A stretch of 64,000 bases of DNA from an uncultured Maricaulis sp. (lineage in GTDB: Bacteria; Pseudomonadota; Alphaproteobacteria; Caulobacterales; Maricaulaceae). Below the pieces are notes generated by a model. The model saw nothing but the letters and a program-made list of their open reading frames with translations. It was not told the origin of the DNA and ran no database searches. Below, one piece after another: positions 1 to 9,079 of the stretch. Position numbers and translations under genes: made by a program. The stretch's first letter is position 1. Each line of letters begins with the position of its first letter. The stretch is from contig CBDETA010000001.1 of NCBI GenBank assembly GCA_965242785.1, positions 79,444 to 143,443 of the forward strand, written 5' to 3'.

Positions 1-274
1 GGCCGCCGTGATGGCGCTGTTTTCCCATCCGGTCGGCGTGTTGACGGGGTGGGTGCATTTCCTGGTGTTTGATCTTTTTGTCGGAGCCTGGATTGCGCGG
101 GATGCGGCCCGTTGCGGCCTGTCCCGATGGGCCGTGCTGCCGGCCCTGATCTTCACGCTGATGTTCGGCCCTCTGGGCCTGACCATCTACCTGCTCACAC
201 GCCGGATGGCCGGTCGGGGTGGCTGGTCGCTGGAGGAAGGCTCCCGCACCCCCGTTTTGGGTCCGCAGCGGTGA
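1..274 (+). CDS. ABA4-like/DUF4281 membrane protein (5'-truncated by window edge)
   Basis: GWVHFLVFDLFVGAWIARDA motif plus PxLxxTxMFGPxG, typical of the ABA4/DUF4281 family. Confidence 0.7.
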   Translation, partial: AAVMALFSHPVGVLTGWVHFLVFDLFVGAWIARDAARCGLSRWAVLPALIFTLMFGPLGLTIYLLTRRMAGRGGWSLEEGSRTPVLGPQR

Positions 275-295
275 CGCGGGGCAGGGCACAAGGCC

Positions 296-1507
296 CTACC
301 CCTTCACGCACACCACCTGCTTGAGGGTGTGAACCACCTCGACCAGGTCGGACTGGGCCGCCATGACAGCATCGATGTCCTTGTAGGCCTTCGGCGTCTC
401 ATCGATGACACCGGCATCCTTGCGGCATTCCACACCCTGCGTCGCGTCACGGTGGTCGGCCAGGGTGAAACGGCGCTTGGCCTCGGACCGCGACATCGTC
501 CGCCCGGCCCCATGGGAGCACGAGCAGAAGCTGTCGGCTGATCCCTTGCCGCGCACGATGAAGGACTTGGCGCCCATCGAGCCGGGAATGATCCCCAGCT
601 CGCCCTCGCGGGCCGATACCGCACCCTTCCGGGTGACCCAGACCTTGGCACCGAAGTGATGTTCCTGCTCCACGTAATTGTGGTGGCAGTTCACCGCCGC
701 CTTCTCGGTCTTGAACCGGCCCAGCGTGGTCCGCAGCGCGCCCAGGACGCGCTCCATCATCACCTCCCGGTTCTCCCGGGCATAGTCCTGCGCCCAGGAC
801 ACGGCCTCGACATAATCGTCGAACAGGGGCTCGCCCTCCAGGAAGAAGGCCAGGTCCCTGTCCGGTACATGATAGTCCAGCACCCGGCGGGCCAGCGCAT
901 TGCGCGCCAGCTCGATGAAATAGGTGCCGATCATGTTGCCGGTGCCGCGCGAGCCGGAATGCAGCATCACCCACACCCGGTCCGCCTCATCCAGACACAG
1001 CTCGATGAAGTGGTTGCCGCCACCCAGCGTGCCCAGCTGACCGTCCACCTTGTGTGTGCCGATCTTCTTGTGCTTGGCCTTGATGACATCCAGCCGGTCC
1101 ATCAGGCCGGACGCCCGCAGGCGGGTATCCACCAGCGCCGGCTTGATGCGGTGGTCTCCCACCTTGCCATTGCCGACCGGGATGGCCTTCTCGATCGCGT
1201 CTCGCGTCGCCTTCAGGCTGTCCGGCAGGTGCCGGGCCTCCAGGCTGGTGCGGATCGCCATCATGCCACAACCCAGATCGACGCCGACGGCGGCGGGAAT
1301 GATCGCGCCCTTGGTCGGGATCACCGAGCCGACCGTGGCCCCGCGTCCGAAATGGACGTCGGGCATGGCCGCGATGTGGCTGTGGATGAAGGGCAGGCCG
1401 GCGACATTGCGCAATTGCTGCACAGCGGCGTCCTCGACCGGCACGCCCTTGATCCACGCCTTGATCAGGCCGGATTGCGTCTCGATGGCTTCAAACTGGG
1501 TACGCAT
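296..1507 (-). CDS. rtcB: RtcB family RNA-splicing/repair ligase (403 aa)
   Basis: MPDVHxGxG, VGVDLGCGM, GTLGGGNHFIE, HSGSRG, CHHNYV and SHGAGR motifs; start taken at the ATG (MRTQFE) after AGGAAGAG. Confidence 0.95.
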   Translation of the reverse strand: MRTQFEAIETQSGLIKAWIKGVPVEDAAVQQLRNVAGLPFIHSHIAAMPDVHFGRGATVGSVIPTKGAIIPAAVGVDLGCGMMAIRTSLEARHLPDSLKATRDAIEKAIPVGNGKVGDHRIKPALVDTRLRASGLMDRLDVIKAKHKKIGTHKVDGQLGTLGGGNHFIELCLDEADRVWVMLHSGSRGTGNMIGTYFIELARNALARRVLDYHVPDRDLAFFLEGEPLFDDYVEAVSWAQDYARENREVMMERVLGALRTTLGRFKTEKAAVNCHHNYVEQEHHFGAKVWVTRKGAVSAREGELGIIPGSMGAKSFIVRGKGSADSFCSCSHGAGRTMSRSEAKRRFTLADHRDATQGVECRKDAGVIDETPKAYKDIDAVMAAQSDLVEVVHTLKQVVCVKG

Positions 1508-1662
1508 GGTCTCTTCCTGCGCTTGCGGGCGCAGGCCTTTCTTCTTTCCGGGTTCTGAGTTCGAACGGGTTGCCAATTGGGAGGGTGCGTGTTGGGCGCA
1601 CGCACCCTCCCGGGGCATATCGATCCGGCGGCCATTTGGGGGAAGGGCGGCTGGCCGGAACG

Positions 1663-1694
1663 AAAAAACCCTCCTCGAGCGATGCTCGGGAGGG
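1663..1694 (-). terminator. Intrinsic terminator in the rtcB leader
   Basis: Minus strand reads CCCUCC-CGAGC-AUC-GCUCG-A-GGAGGG followed by UUUUUU. Confidence 0.8.
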
Positions 1695-1721
1695 CTGGTC
1701 ACCGGGACTGTGTCGGGCAGT

Positions 1722-1814
1722 CTACCGGGTGATCGCGAAACCCTCCGCGCGCGCAAAGCCAGCCGGCCAGAAGGCCGTGCCGTCGAGGCGATATGTACGC
1801 TGTACTGGGTTCAT
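1722..1814 (-). CDS. Putative rtcB leader peptide, 30 aa (MNPVQRTYRLDGTAFWPAGFARAEGFAITR)
   Basis: ATG..TAG ORF read by hand; codons 24-30 overlap the 5' arm of an antiterminator hairpin. Confidence 0.6.
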   Translation of the reverse strand: MNPVQRTYRLDGTAFWPAGFARAEGFAITR

Positions 1815-1877
1815 CCTGTACGCCTGTCGTCTCTGTTTGCGCGCCCGGTTAGGGGCGTGTGGTTGATCGGGAGGCGG

Positions 1878-1907
1878 CTTATGGAATGGCTGGTTACCGC
1901 TTTCAAG
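1878..1907 (-). promoter_or_regulatory. Candidate promoter for the rtcB leader (RpoH/RpoD-like)
   Basis: Minus strand CTTGAAA-N17-CATAAG, about 65 nt upstream of the leader ATG. Confidence 0.45.
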
Positions 1908-2045
1908 CGAAATCGGGCCGGCCTTGCCCGGTCGCGCTTAGGGTGTGGCATTTCGGGCACGCCCCTGTCATCCAGCGTGCTTGACGCCCCTGCGCATCCC
2001 CTCTACCTCGCTCGCTTTCCAAGCCAATAAAGGGAATGTCACTCC

Positions 2046-3644
2046 ATGTCCGTCGCCGATCTTGCCCAAAACGCGAAAGCCTGGCCGTTTGAACAAGCGC
2101 GCCTGCTGAAAAAGCGTCTGGACAAGATGGGCCGAAAATCCGGGCCGGTCGTGTTCGAGACCGGCTATGGCCCGTCGGGCCTTCCGCACATGGGGACATT
2201 CGGTGAGGTCGTGCGCACCACGATGGTGCTGCGCGCCTTTGATGCGCTGACCGGCGGGGCCTATGAGCCCAAGCTGATCTGTGTCTCAGACGACATGGAC
2301 GGCATGCGCAAGGTGCCCGACAACCTGCCGCAGCAGGACATGCTGGCCCAGCACCTGCAAAAGCCGCTGACCGAGGTGCCCGATCCCTTCGGCACGGCCG
2401 ACAGCTATGGCGCCCACATGAATGGCCGCCTGCGGGGTTTCCTGGACAGTTTCGGCTTCACCTACGAGTTCAAGTCCGCAACCGAGCTCTACCGGTCCGG
2501 CGCCTATGACGCGATGCTGTTGAAGGCGGCGGAAAAGTATGACGCCATCATGGATGTCATGCTGCCGACGCTGGGGGCAGAGCGCCAGGCGACCTATTCG
2601 CCCTTCCTGCCGATCTCGCCGAAGACCGGCCGCGTGCTCTACGTGCCGATGAAGGCGGTCGACGCGAAGGCCGGCACGATCACCTTTGATGACGAGGACG
2701 GAACCGAGACGACGCTGCCGGTCACCGGTGGCCGGGTGAAGCTTCAGTGGAAGCCGGATTTCGGCATGCGCTGGGCTGCGCTGGGCGTCGATTTCGAGAT
2801 GTTCGGCAAGGACCACCAGACCAATGCGCCGATCTATTCGAAAATCTGTCGCATCCTGGGCGCCGAACCGCCGACGCAGTTTGTCTACGAGCTCTTCCTG
2901 GACAAGGAAGGCGAGAAGATTTCCAAGTCCAAGGGCAATGGCCTGTCGGTCGAGGAATGGCTGACCTACGCGCCGCCGCAATCGCTCGCCTACTATAATT
3001 TCGTCAAGCCGAAGACGGCCAAGCGGCTGTATTTCGACGTCATCCCGAAGGCGGTGGACGAGTACATGCAGCACCTGGCCGCTTATCACGGCCAGGAGCC
3101 GGCACAGCAGCTGGAGAATCCGGCCTGGCACATCCATGACGGCCGTCCGCCGCAGGATGCCTCGCCGATCTCCTTTGCCCTGTTGCTCAACCTCGCCTCG
3201 GCGGCTTCGGCCCACAATACCGATGTGATGTGGGGTTTCATCGGCCGTTATGTCGATGGCGCGACGCCTGAAACGCATCCGCTGCTGGACCAGCTGGCCG
3301 GTTTCGCCGTCCAGTACTTCCAGGATTTCGTCAAGCCGACCAAGTCCTTCCGCGCGCCCAGCGAGATGGAGGCTGCGGCCATGCAGGACCTGCTGGCGCG
3401 TCTCAAGGCGATGGATCCGGCCGAGCGCGATGCCGGCAAGATCCAGGACGAGGTCTTCGCCGCCGGCAAGACCCAGCCGTTTGAGAATCTGCGCAACTGG
3501 TTCCAGGCGCTCTATGAAGTCCTGCTGGGCCAGTCCCAGGGGCCGCGCTTCGGCAGTTTCGTGGCGATCTACGGCGTGACGGAGACGATCGCCCTGATCG
3601 AGAAGGGGCTGGCGGGGGAGTTGCTGAAACCTGACGCGCAATGA
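2046..3644 (+). CDS. lysS: Class I lysine--tRNA ligase
   Basis: [15 protein letters not shown] (HIGH-like), KISKSKGN (KMSKS-like) and QGPRFGSF motifs. Confidence 0.95.
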   Translation: MSVADLAQNAKAWPFEQARLLKKRLDKMGRKSGPVVFETGYGPSGLPHMGTFGEVVRTTMVLRAFDALTGGAYEPKLICVSDDMDGMRKVPDNLPQQDMLAQHLQKPLTEVPDPFGTADSYGAHMNGRLRGFLDSFGFTYEFKSATELYRSGAYDAMLLKAAEKYDAIMDVMLPTLGAERQATYSPFLPISPKTGRVLYVPMKAVDAKAGTITFDDEDGTETTLPVTGGRVKLQWKPDFGMRWAALGVDFEMFGKDHQTNAPIYSKICRILGAEPPTQFVYELFLDKEGEKISKSKGNGLSVEEWLTYAPPQSLAYYNFVKPKTAKRLYFDVIPKAVDEYMQHLAAYHGQEPAQQLENPAWHIHDGRPPQDASPISFALLLNLASAASAHNTDVMWGFIGRYVDGATPETHPLLDQLAGFAVQYFQDFVKPTKSFRAPSEMEAAAMQDLLARLKAMDPAERDAGKIQDEVFAAGKTQPFENLRNWFQALYEVLLGQSQGPRFGSFVAIYGVTETIALIEKGLAGELLKPDAQ

Positions 3645-3964
3645 AGATCGGGCGGACCAGAATGATGGCTTTGTCTGCTGCGCTAATCATCTTGATTACG
3701 CTGGTAGCAAGCGCCGCATGGCTCGACGTCAAGCGGCGTGGTGACCGTGAGTGTGGGGGAGTGGTTGCAGCAACGATTGATCGCGTGACGGCCCAAACAA
3801 CGCGGACTGTATCTGAATACTCCGTATGGGCTCGAGACCGAGAGGGTCACCGATTTTCGGTGAATCTGCCAACGGCTGGAGCCGAAGTGGGCGCGACTCT
3901 TCTGGTGCAGCGGTTTTGCAATGGGAACGGGGACTATTTGGGATATGCGAGAGTCGTAGGCTGA
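3641..3964 (+). CDS. Hypothetical protein with an N-terminal TM/signal segment, lower GC
   Basis: ATGA-coupled to lysS; hydrophobic N-terminus. Confidence 0.55.
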   Translation: MKIGRTRMMALSAALIILITLVASAAWLDVKRRGDRECGGVVAATIDRVTAQTTRTVSEYSVWARDREGHRFSVNLPTAGAEVGATLLVQRFCNGNGDYLGYARVVG

Positions 3965-4001
3965 TTGTCGCGCTTCTGCAGACTCATCGAACCAGTCGAA
4001 A

Positions 4002-4448
4002 TCAGCTCTTTGTGCTCCTGGTCATCAGCCAGGCACAAACTCCCCACAATCCCGCATAGACCAGCGTCACGCCCAGCAGGTCGAACGGCCAGGCGGCCCC
4101 GTCTGCGCCCCAGCCCATGGCGAAGATGGTGATGCCGGCTGCCAGCTGCAGCACCGCCATGACGGCAAAGCCGCGCACCAGACCCTCGGCCCGAAAGCGT
4201 TCGATGACCGCGATCATCAGGCCGATCGGCAGCACACCCAGCAGCAGGAGATTGGCGCTGTCGTCCGGTGTGCTGACCAGGCCAACGGCCCCGTTCGCCC
4301 ACACCATCACCAGTGCGCCCAGGGCAGCCAAACCGCCCGCCAGGCGGTGCGCCGCACTGTGACCGCTGCGGAATATCACCCAGCCGGCCATCAGCGTTGC
4401 TGTCAGCAGCCCGCCCGCGACGACGAAATCAAACAGTGTCCAGTTCAT
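4002..4448 (-). CDS. Hypothetical 4-TM membrane protein
   Basis: 148 aa hydrophobic ORF with GC-typical codon usage and a GGGAGAG SD. Confidence 0.7.
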   Translation of the reverse strand: MNWTLFDFVVAGGLLTATLMAGWVIFRSGHSAAHRLAGGLAALGALVMVWANGAVGLVSTPDDSANLLLLGVLPIGLMIAVIERFRAEGLVRGFAVMAVLQLAAGITIFAMGWGADGAAWPFDLLGVTLVYAGLWGVCAWLMTRSTKS

Positions 4449-4521
4449 GCGACTCTCCCATCGCCTCGGTCAACAGTTAAGCCGGGGCGGGACGCGCTGT
4501 CACCCCGTCCCGCCCTGTGTT

Positions 4522-4586
4522 TGTCGAATATATTTGACATGAAGTCCGCCGAGCATTACATCCGATCGTGTCAAGAAAATTGGACA
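4522..4586 (+). promoter_or_regulatory. Sigma70-type promoter with two 18-bp palindromic operators
   Basis: TGTCGAATATATTTGACA (4522-4539, contains -35 TTGACA) and TGTCAAGAAAATTGGACA (4569-4586); -10-like TACATC lies 17 nt after the -35. Confidence 0.65.
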
Positions 4587-4606
4587 CCAAGACTGGAGTG
4601 TTTGAC

Positions 4607-5038
4607 ATGAGTTTTCACGAGAAGAGCAATCTGGCCATGCTGGCGATCATGCTGGTCGTCTACGGCTGGTACTTCGTCAGCTCCATCGGCTCGATCTTCG
4701 GAGGGCTGCCGCCGGAAGCGGCGCTGGCGGTCACCAATGTGAAAATGATCGCCACGGTGCTGATCGTCATCGCGGCCTCGATCGCCGCCCATATCGCCAT
4801 TGCCATCGCCGCGCCCTCCCAGGCCGACGACACTGCGGACGAGCGTGACAAGCTGATCGAGATGCGCGGCGACCAGCGCGGCGGTTTTGCCCTGGCCCTG
4901 TTTGCCTTGCTGGCGATGGGCGCAGCCATGACGGCCCAGCCCTACTACCTGGTCGCCAATCTGATCCTGGCCGGCCTGGTGGTGTCCGAAGTGGTCAAGG
5001 GCATTTCCAAGCTGATCGACTATCGCGGGGTGGTGTGA
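4607..5038 (+). CDS. Membrane protein with DERD motif (DUF2178-like)
   Basis: 4 TM segments; ADERDKLIEMR motif. Confidence 0.65.
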   Translation: MSFHEKSNLAMLAIMLVVYGWYFVSSIGSIFGGLPPEAALAVTNVKMIATVLIVIAASIAAHIAIAIAAPSQADDTADERDKLIEMRGDQRGGFALALFALLAMGAAMTAQPYYLVANLILAGLVVSEVVKGISKLIDYRGVV

Positions 5039-5472
5039 TCATGGGCTTCATGGAAAAACTCAACCTGGCCGTCCTGGGCGGCGGCCTGGTGTCGCTGGGC
5101 TATTATTTCTCCCGGGTCGTGCCGCAGATCGGCTCCGTGCCGGTGGACGAGATCGCCTGGAAGTGGCCGATGGCGATCTCCATGCTGATCTTCATCATCC
5201 TGCTCGTGGTTTCCGCCGTGCGGCTGGCCATCAAGGACCCGGCCATCCGCAAGGAAGACGGCATCATCGAGGACGAGCGCGATCGCATGATCGAATGGCG
5301 GGCGGACAGCTGGGGCGGCAACACGCTGCACATGGTCGCGCTGCTGGCCCTGGGCCTCCTGTTCTTTGGCGTGCACAGCTTCTGGATTGCGCAGGTCATC
5401 TTCCTGGGTGGCATGCTGGCCAGCATGGTGACGGTGGTCGCCAAGCTGCTCGCCTATCGCGGGAGTCTGTGA
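5035..5472 (+). CDS. Membrane protein with DERD motif (paralog of the previous gene)
   Basis: EDERDRMIEWR motif; C-terminal xYRG shared with the upstream gene; GTGA overlap. Confidence 0.65.
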   Translation: MIMGFMEKLNLAVLGGGLVSLGYYFSRVVPQIGSVPVDEIAWKWPMAISMLIFIILLVVSAVRLAIKDPAIRKEDGIIEDERDRMIEWRADSWGGNTLHMVALLALGLLFFGVHSFWIAQVIFLGGMLASMVTVVAKLLAYRGSL

Positions 5473-5474
5473 CC

Positions 5475-5693
5475 ATGGCCAAGTCCACGCCCATCACCAA
5501 CAATATCCGCACGCTGCGTTTTCACGCCGGCGAGATGACCCAGGCCGATCTCGCCGAGAAGGTCGGGGTGACGCGCCAGACCGTGATCGCCATCGAGCAG
5601 GGCAAATACTCGCCCTCCCTGGAGGTCGCCTTCAAGATGGCGCGCGTGTTCGGGGTCGCCCTGGAAGAGGTGTTCCAGTATCCGGACGCCTGA
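5475..5693 (+). CDS. XRE/Cro-like HTH transcriptional regulator
   Basis: MTQADLAEKVGVTRQTVIAIEQGKYSPSLEVAFK. Confidence 0.9.
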   Translation: MAKSTPITNNIRTLRFHAGEMTQADLAEKVGVTRQTVIAIEQGKYSPSLEVAFKMARVFGVALEEVFQYPDA

Positions 5694-5695
5694 GC

Positions 5696-5719
5696 GCGGG
5701 TCAGCGTCGGCTGACCCGC
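5696..5719. terminator. Hairpin between convergent XRE and P450 genes
   Basis: Perfect 10-bp stem GCGGGTCAGC-GTCG-GCTGACCCGC; no U-tract. Confidence 0.5.
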
Positions 5720-7074
5720 ATCTCCATCGCATTGTCCGGCTGCAGCGTGATGCGCATGACCGGCCGCGGCTCGGTCGCGCCGGCATAGTCCAGCCGGACC
5801 TTGCGCAGCAGCGTGCCCAGCACGATCAGCATTTCCATCATCGCAAAGCGTGCGCCGATACAGACGCGCGGTCCGATACCGAAGGGCAGGTAGGCGTCCT
5901 TCGGGATCGACTGCGCCGCCTCACCGAGGAAGCGATCGGGCCGGAAATCGTCAGGATGCTCCCAGATGTCGCGCTGGCGGTGCAGCAGCCAGGTGGAGAC
6001 CACGACATCCGTGCCGCCGGGCACCGGCAGGCCGGTGACCAGATCCCAGTCCTTCGAGGTGCGGGCCAGGATCGGTGCGGACGGGTAAAGCCGCAGGCTC
6101 TCCTTGATCACCGCCTCGGTCCAGGGCAGCAGGCCGGACCACTCGGCCGGGTCGGTCGTGTCCAGGGGCGCCGCGTCCAGCTCGGCTTCCAGCCGGTTGC
6201 GCACATCCGGGGCGCGCGACAGGAGATAGAGCGTCCAGGCCAGGGTGCGCGCGGTGGTTTCGTGACCGGCGGCCAGGAAGGTCAGCAGATTGTCGATGAC
6301 CGCCGTGTCATCCAGGCCGGCCCCCAGCAGAAGATCCAGAAAGTCCGCGGGGCGCCCGGCCGCATCCGGTGTCGGCGCGGCCCGGCGGGCAGCGGCCACG
6401 GCGCCCACCTGGTGCCTCAGGTCGGCGATCACCCGGCGTGACTTGCCGTGTCCGATCCGGGGCACCCAGCCGGGCAGGTGGATGATGTCGAACAGGTGCG
6501 GGATGCCGCTGATTTCCAGCAGGTCGTGAATGCCCCGGGTGAAGGCCGACTTGTCCAGCGCCTCGTCGCCGGAAAACAGCGTCTCGATCAGCACGTCCAG
6601 GGTCAGGTCGACCATCGCCTGTGACACGCCGATGATGGAACCGTCCTGGTCGGCAAACCCGTCCGCAGCCTCGTCGCAGACCTGGCGGATCTGCGGCGCG
6701 AAAGCGTTGACCTTTCGCGGCGTGAACACCGGGGACACCGCCTTGCGGGCGCGCTTCCAGGTCTCGCCCTCCGCCGTCAGAAGGCCGTCGCGCAGGAAGG
6801 GACGCAGAACCGCCTGGCGCAGCGGGTTCATGGTGAAATTGTCGGCCCGGGTGACGAAGCAGTGATGGATGGCCGCGGGGTCGTTCAGGATCAGGTTGGA
6901 GCGGCCCAGAAAGCGGAAGGGTGCCAGCCGGATGGAGAAATGATGCTCGCCCCAGACCTCCAGCGGGTTGCGCTGCATGGCCTGGAAATAGACCCAGTAA
7001 TCTGACAGGCGCAGTTTTCCGGGCGCGGAATACTCGGCATAGGGCGGTTTGGGGGGCTGGAAGGCTGCGGTCAT
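5701..7074 (-). CDS. Cytochrome P450
   Basis: AGHETT I-helix, ESLR (ExxR) and PFGIGPRVCIG heme-binding motif. Confidence 0.95.
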   Translation of the reverse strand: MTAAFQPPKPPYAEYSAPGKLRLSDYWVYFQAMQRNPLEVWGEHHFSIRLAPFRFLGRSNLILNDPAAIHHCFVTRADNFTMNPLRQAVLRPFLRDGLLTAEGETWKRARKAVSPVFTPRKVNAFAPQIRQVCDEAADGFADQDGSIIGVSQAMVDLTLDVLIETLFSGDEALDKSAFTRGIHDLLEISGIPHLFDIIHLPGWVPRIGHGKSRRVIADLRHQVGAVAAARRAAPTPDAAGRPADFLDLLLGAGLDDTAVIDNLLTFLAAGHETTARTLAWTLYLLSRAPDVRNRLEAELDAAPLDTTDPAEWSGLLPWTEAVIKESLRLYPSAPILARTSKDWDLVTGLPVPGGTDVVVSTWLLHRQRDIWEHPDDFRPDRFLGEAAQSIPKDAYLPFGIGPRVCIGARFAMMEMLIVLGTLLRKVRLDYAGATEPRPVMRITLQPDNAMEMRVSRR

Positions 7075-7183
7075 GAGGTCTCCTGACTGTCCGACACTAG
7101 GCGGCATCGTCGCTTGATCACAGGCGCGAAAACGTCGCGGCTTGCACTTTTCTGTGTCCTGCCGCCGATCTAAACTCGCAAGC

Positions 7184-7945
7184 ATGCGATCTCTGGCCGG
7201 TCTTCTGCTTTGCCTGATCCTTGCCACAACCGCCCATGCCGACATGGGCGCAGCGCGTGAGGCCTATGAGGCCGGGCGCTGGCAGGAAGCGGCGGCTCAT
7301 GCCCAGACCGCGGGCGGGGCGGAAGGCTATGCCTTTGCCGCCGGTGCCCTGATTGCCCAGCTGATGGTGGAGCCGGACATGGCCGGGCGCGAAGCCCTGG
7401 CGCAACGGGCCGAGGATCTGGCGGCCCATGCCTACCGGCTGGATGAAGAGTCGGTCGCGGCCCGGATCAATCTCGCGGCCTCGCTGGGCTATCGTGGCCG
7501 GTTCATGCAGGGCTGGCGCGCCTTTGTGGCGCGGGTGCCGCAACGCGGCCGGAACCTGCTGGAGGACGCCGTCAGCGCCCAGCCGGACAATGCCTGGGCG
7601 CTGGGGCTGCTGGGTGCCTGGCATCTGGAAGTCGCGCGTCGGGGCGGGCGTCGCGGCATGGGCATGCTGGATGCCTCGGTCGAGGCGGGGATGGGCTATT
7701 ACAGTCAGGCGATTGCCTACGCGCCGCAGGACCCGGCGCCGCGCTTCTTTTACGCCCTGGGTCTCGCCGCGCTGGACGAGCCGGCCTATTTCGACGAGGT
7801 CACAAGCCAGATCCAGATTGTGCTCGCGCTACCGCCGCGCAATGCCCTGGACGCAGGCGTCATCGCCGAGGCCCGCGCCTTTGCGGCCCAGCTGGGCGAT
7901 CGCCGTCTCGCGACGCAATGGGCCCAGGCCCGCATGGCGATGTAG
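7184..7945 (+). CDS. Secreted helical-repeat (TPR-like) hypothetical protein
   Basis: Signal peptide ending AHA; helical Ala-rich repeats. Confidence 0.65.
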   Translation: MRSLAGLLLCLILATTAHADMGAAREAYEAGRWQEAAAHAQTAGGAEGYAFAAGALIAQLMVEPDMAGREALAQRAEDLAAHAYRLDEESVAARINLAASLGYRGRFMQGWRAFVARVPQRGRNLLEDAVSAQPDNAWALGLLGAWHLEVARRGGRRGMGMLDASVEAGMGYYSQAIAYAPQDPAPRFFYALGLAALDEPAYFDEVTSQIQIVLALPPRNALDAGVIAEARAFAAQLGDRRLATQWAQARMAM

Positions 7946-7956
7946 GGTGAAGGCTA

Positions 7957-8586
7957 CTACTGGCTGACCCAGACGATCCGCGCCATCCAGTCCAGTGCGC
8001 TGAGTGCGACCTGCTGGTCCGGAAGCTCCGGGTTGAGCGGTTTCAGCCGCACCGCCTGGATGCCCTTTTCCACCAGTTCAAAGGCCTTGGCCTCGCCGCC
8101 GCGTAGCTTGACCACCACCCGGTCGCCCACGCGCAGGCTCTCGCCCGGCGCCACGATCAGCCGGTCGCCGGGCCGGTAGACCGGCAGCATCGAGCCATCC
8201 GATACCGTCAGCGCAAACCCGTCCTCGGTGCCGGCGGACGGCGCGGGAATGCGGGTCCAGCTGTCACCGCTCGGTCGGCCGCCGGCATCAAAGGCCGTGC
8301 CCGTGTCCTCGTTCAGCATGCGCGAGGGCAGGCTGTCGCCCGTGCCGGCTGGCCGCCCGGCAACCAGGGCGGCAAACCCGGCAAAATCCATGTGCGCCGC
8401 ACTCAGCGCCTTGGCCAGGCTTTCGGTGGAAGGCCAGCGCGGCTTGCTGCCATCGCGCGAGACCCGCTTGGACGGGTTGAACGTCGTCGCATCCAGCCCC
8501 GCCCGCCGGGCCAGCCCGGACGGGCTGGTCTGCGCATGCGCGGCCAGACGGTCGATCCCCCGCCAGATTTCCTCATGGGTGAACAT
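7957..8586 (-). CDS. HTH + S24 peptidase-like transcriptional regulator
   Basis: MFTHEEIWRGIDRLA...LDATTFNPSKR...RWPSTES N-terminus; DGSMLPVYRPGD S24 motif. Confidence 0.85.
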   Translation of the reverse strand: MFTHEEIWRGIDRLAAHAQTSPSGLARRAGLDATTFNPSKRVSRDGSKPRWPSTESLAKALSAAHMDFAGFAALVAGRPAGTGDSLPSRMLNEDTGTAFDAGGRPSGDSWTRIPAPSAGTEDGFALTVSDGSMLPVYRPGDRLIVAPGESLRVGDRVVVKLRGGEAKAFELVEKGIQAVRLKPLNPELPDQQVALSALDWMARIVWVSQ

Positions 8587-8721
8587 GACGGCCACAATAC
8601 TCCGCGTCGGGCAGTTAGGAAAACTGTCCGCACTGCGGGTGAGGCGATCGTCCATCAGGCGCCGGAAAATCTCCCGGTCCCGGCACTTGCCCCGATGCGC
8701 GAGCGGGGCTAACCCGTCGCC

Positions 8722-9078
8722 ATGAGCACGACCAGAGCCTACCGACTCGCCAATCCTGAACGCTGGGCCACGGCCATGGCGGAAGGACGCTTTACCGGGG
8801 ATCCGCACGATGTGGCGGACGGCTTCATCCATCTCTCCGCCGCCGACCAGGTCGAGGGCACGCTGGTCAGGCACTACAACGAGCACGCCCGCCTGCTTCT
8901 GGTCGAGATCGACCTTGCGGCGCTGGGCGATACGGTGAAGTGGGAAAAGAGCCGCGGCGGCGCGCTCTTTCCGCATGTCTACGGCGAGATCCCGGCCAGC
9001 GCGGTGCGCGGCCTGCGCCACATCCGTCGCAATGAGGATGGTGACTGGGTCCTGCCGTCCGATCTGGAACGGGATTGA
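8722..9078 (+). CDS. DUF952 family protein
   Basis: DGFIHLS and LFPHVYG motifs; upstream of pyrD as is usual in alphaproteobacteria. Confidence 0.9.
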   Translation: MSTTRAYRLANPERWATAMAEGRFTGDPHDVADGFIHLSAADQVEGTLVRHYNEHARLLLVEIDLAALGDTVKWEKSRGGALFPHVYGEIPASAVRGLRHIRRNEDGDWVLPSDLERD

Positions 9079-9079
9079 G

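Noticed and set aside
1545-1575. GTTCGAA T-loop-like motif or Y-RNA (YrlA) near rtcB
   Set aside because: No T-stem, acceptor stem or cloverleaf could be built, and there is no Ro/TROVE gene in the window
1508-1756. 83-aa N-terminal extension of RtcB in the ORF track
   Set aside because: It runs through the terminator and hairpins and has no RtcB similarity; a good SD precedes the ATG at 1507, and open GC-rich frames are common by chance
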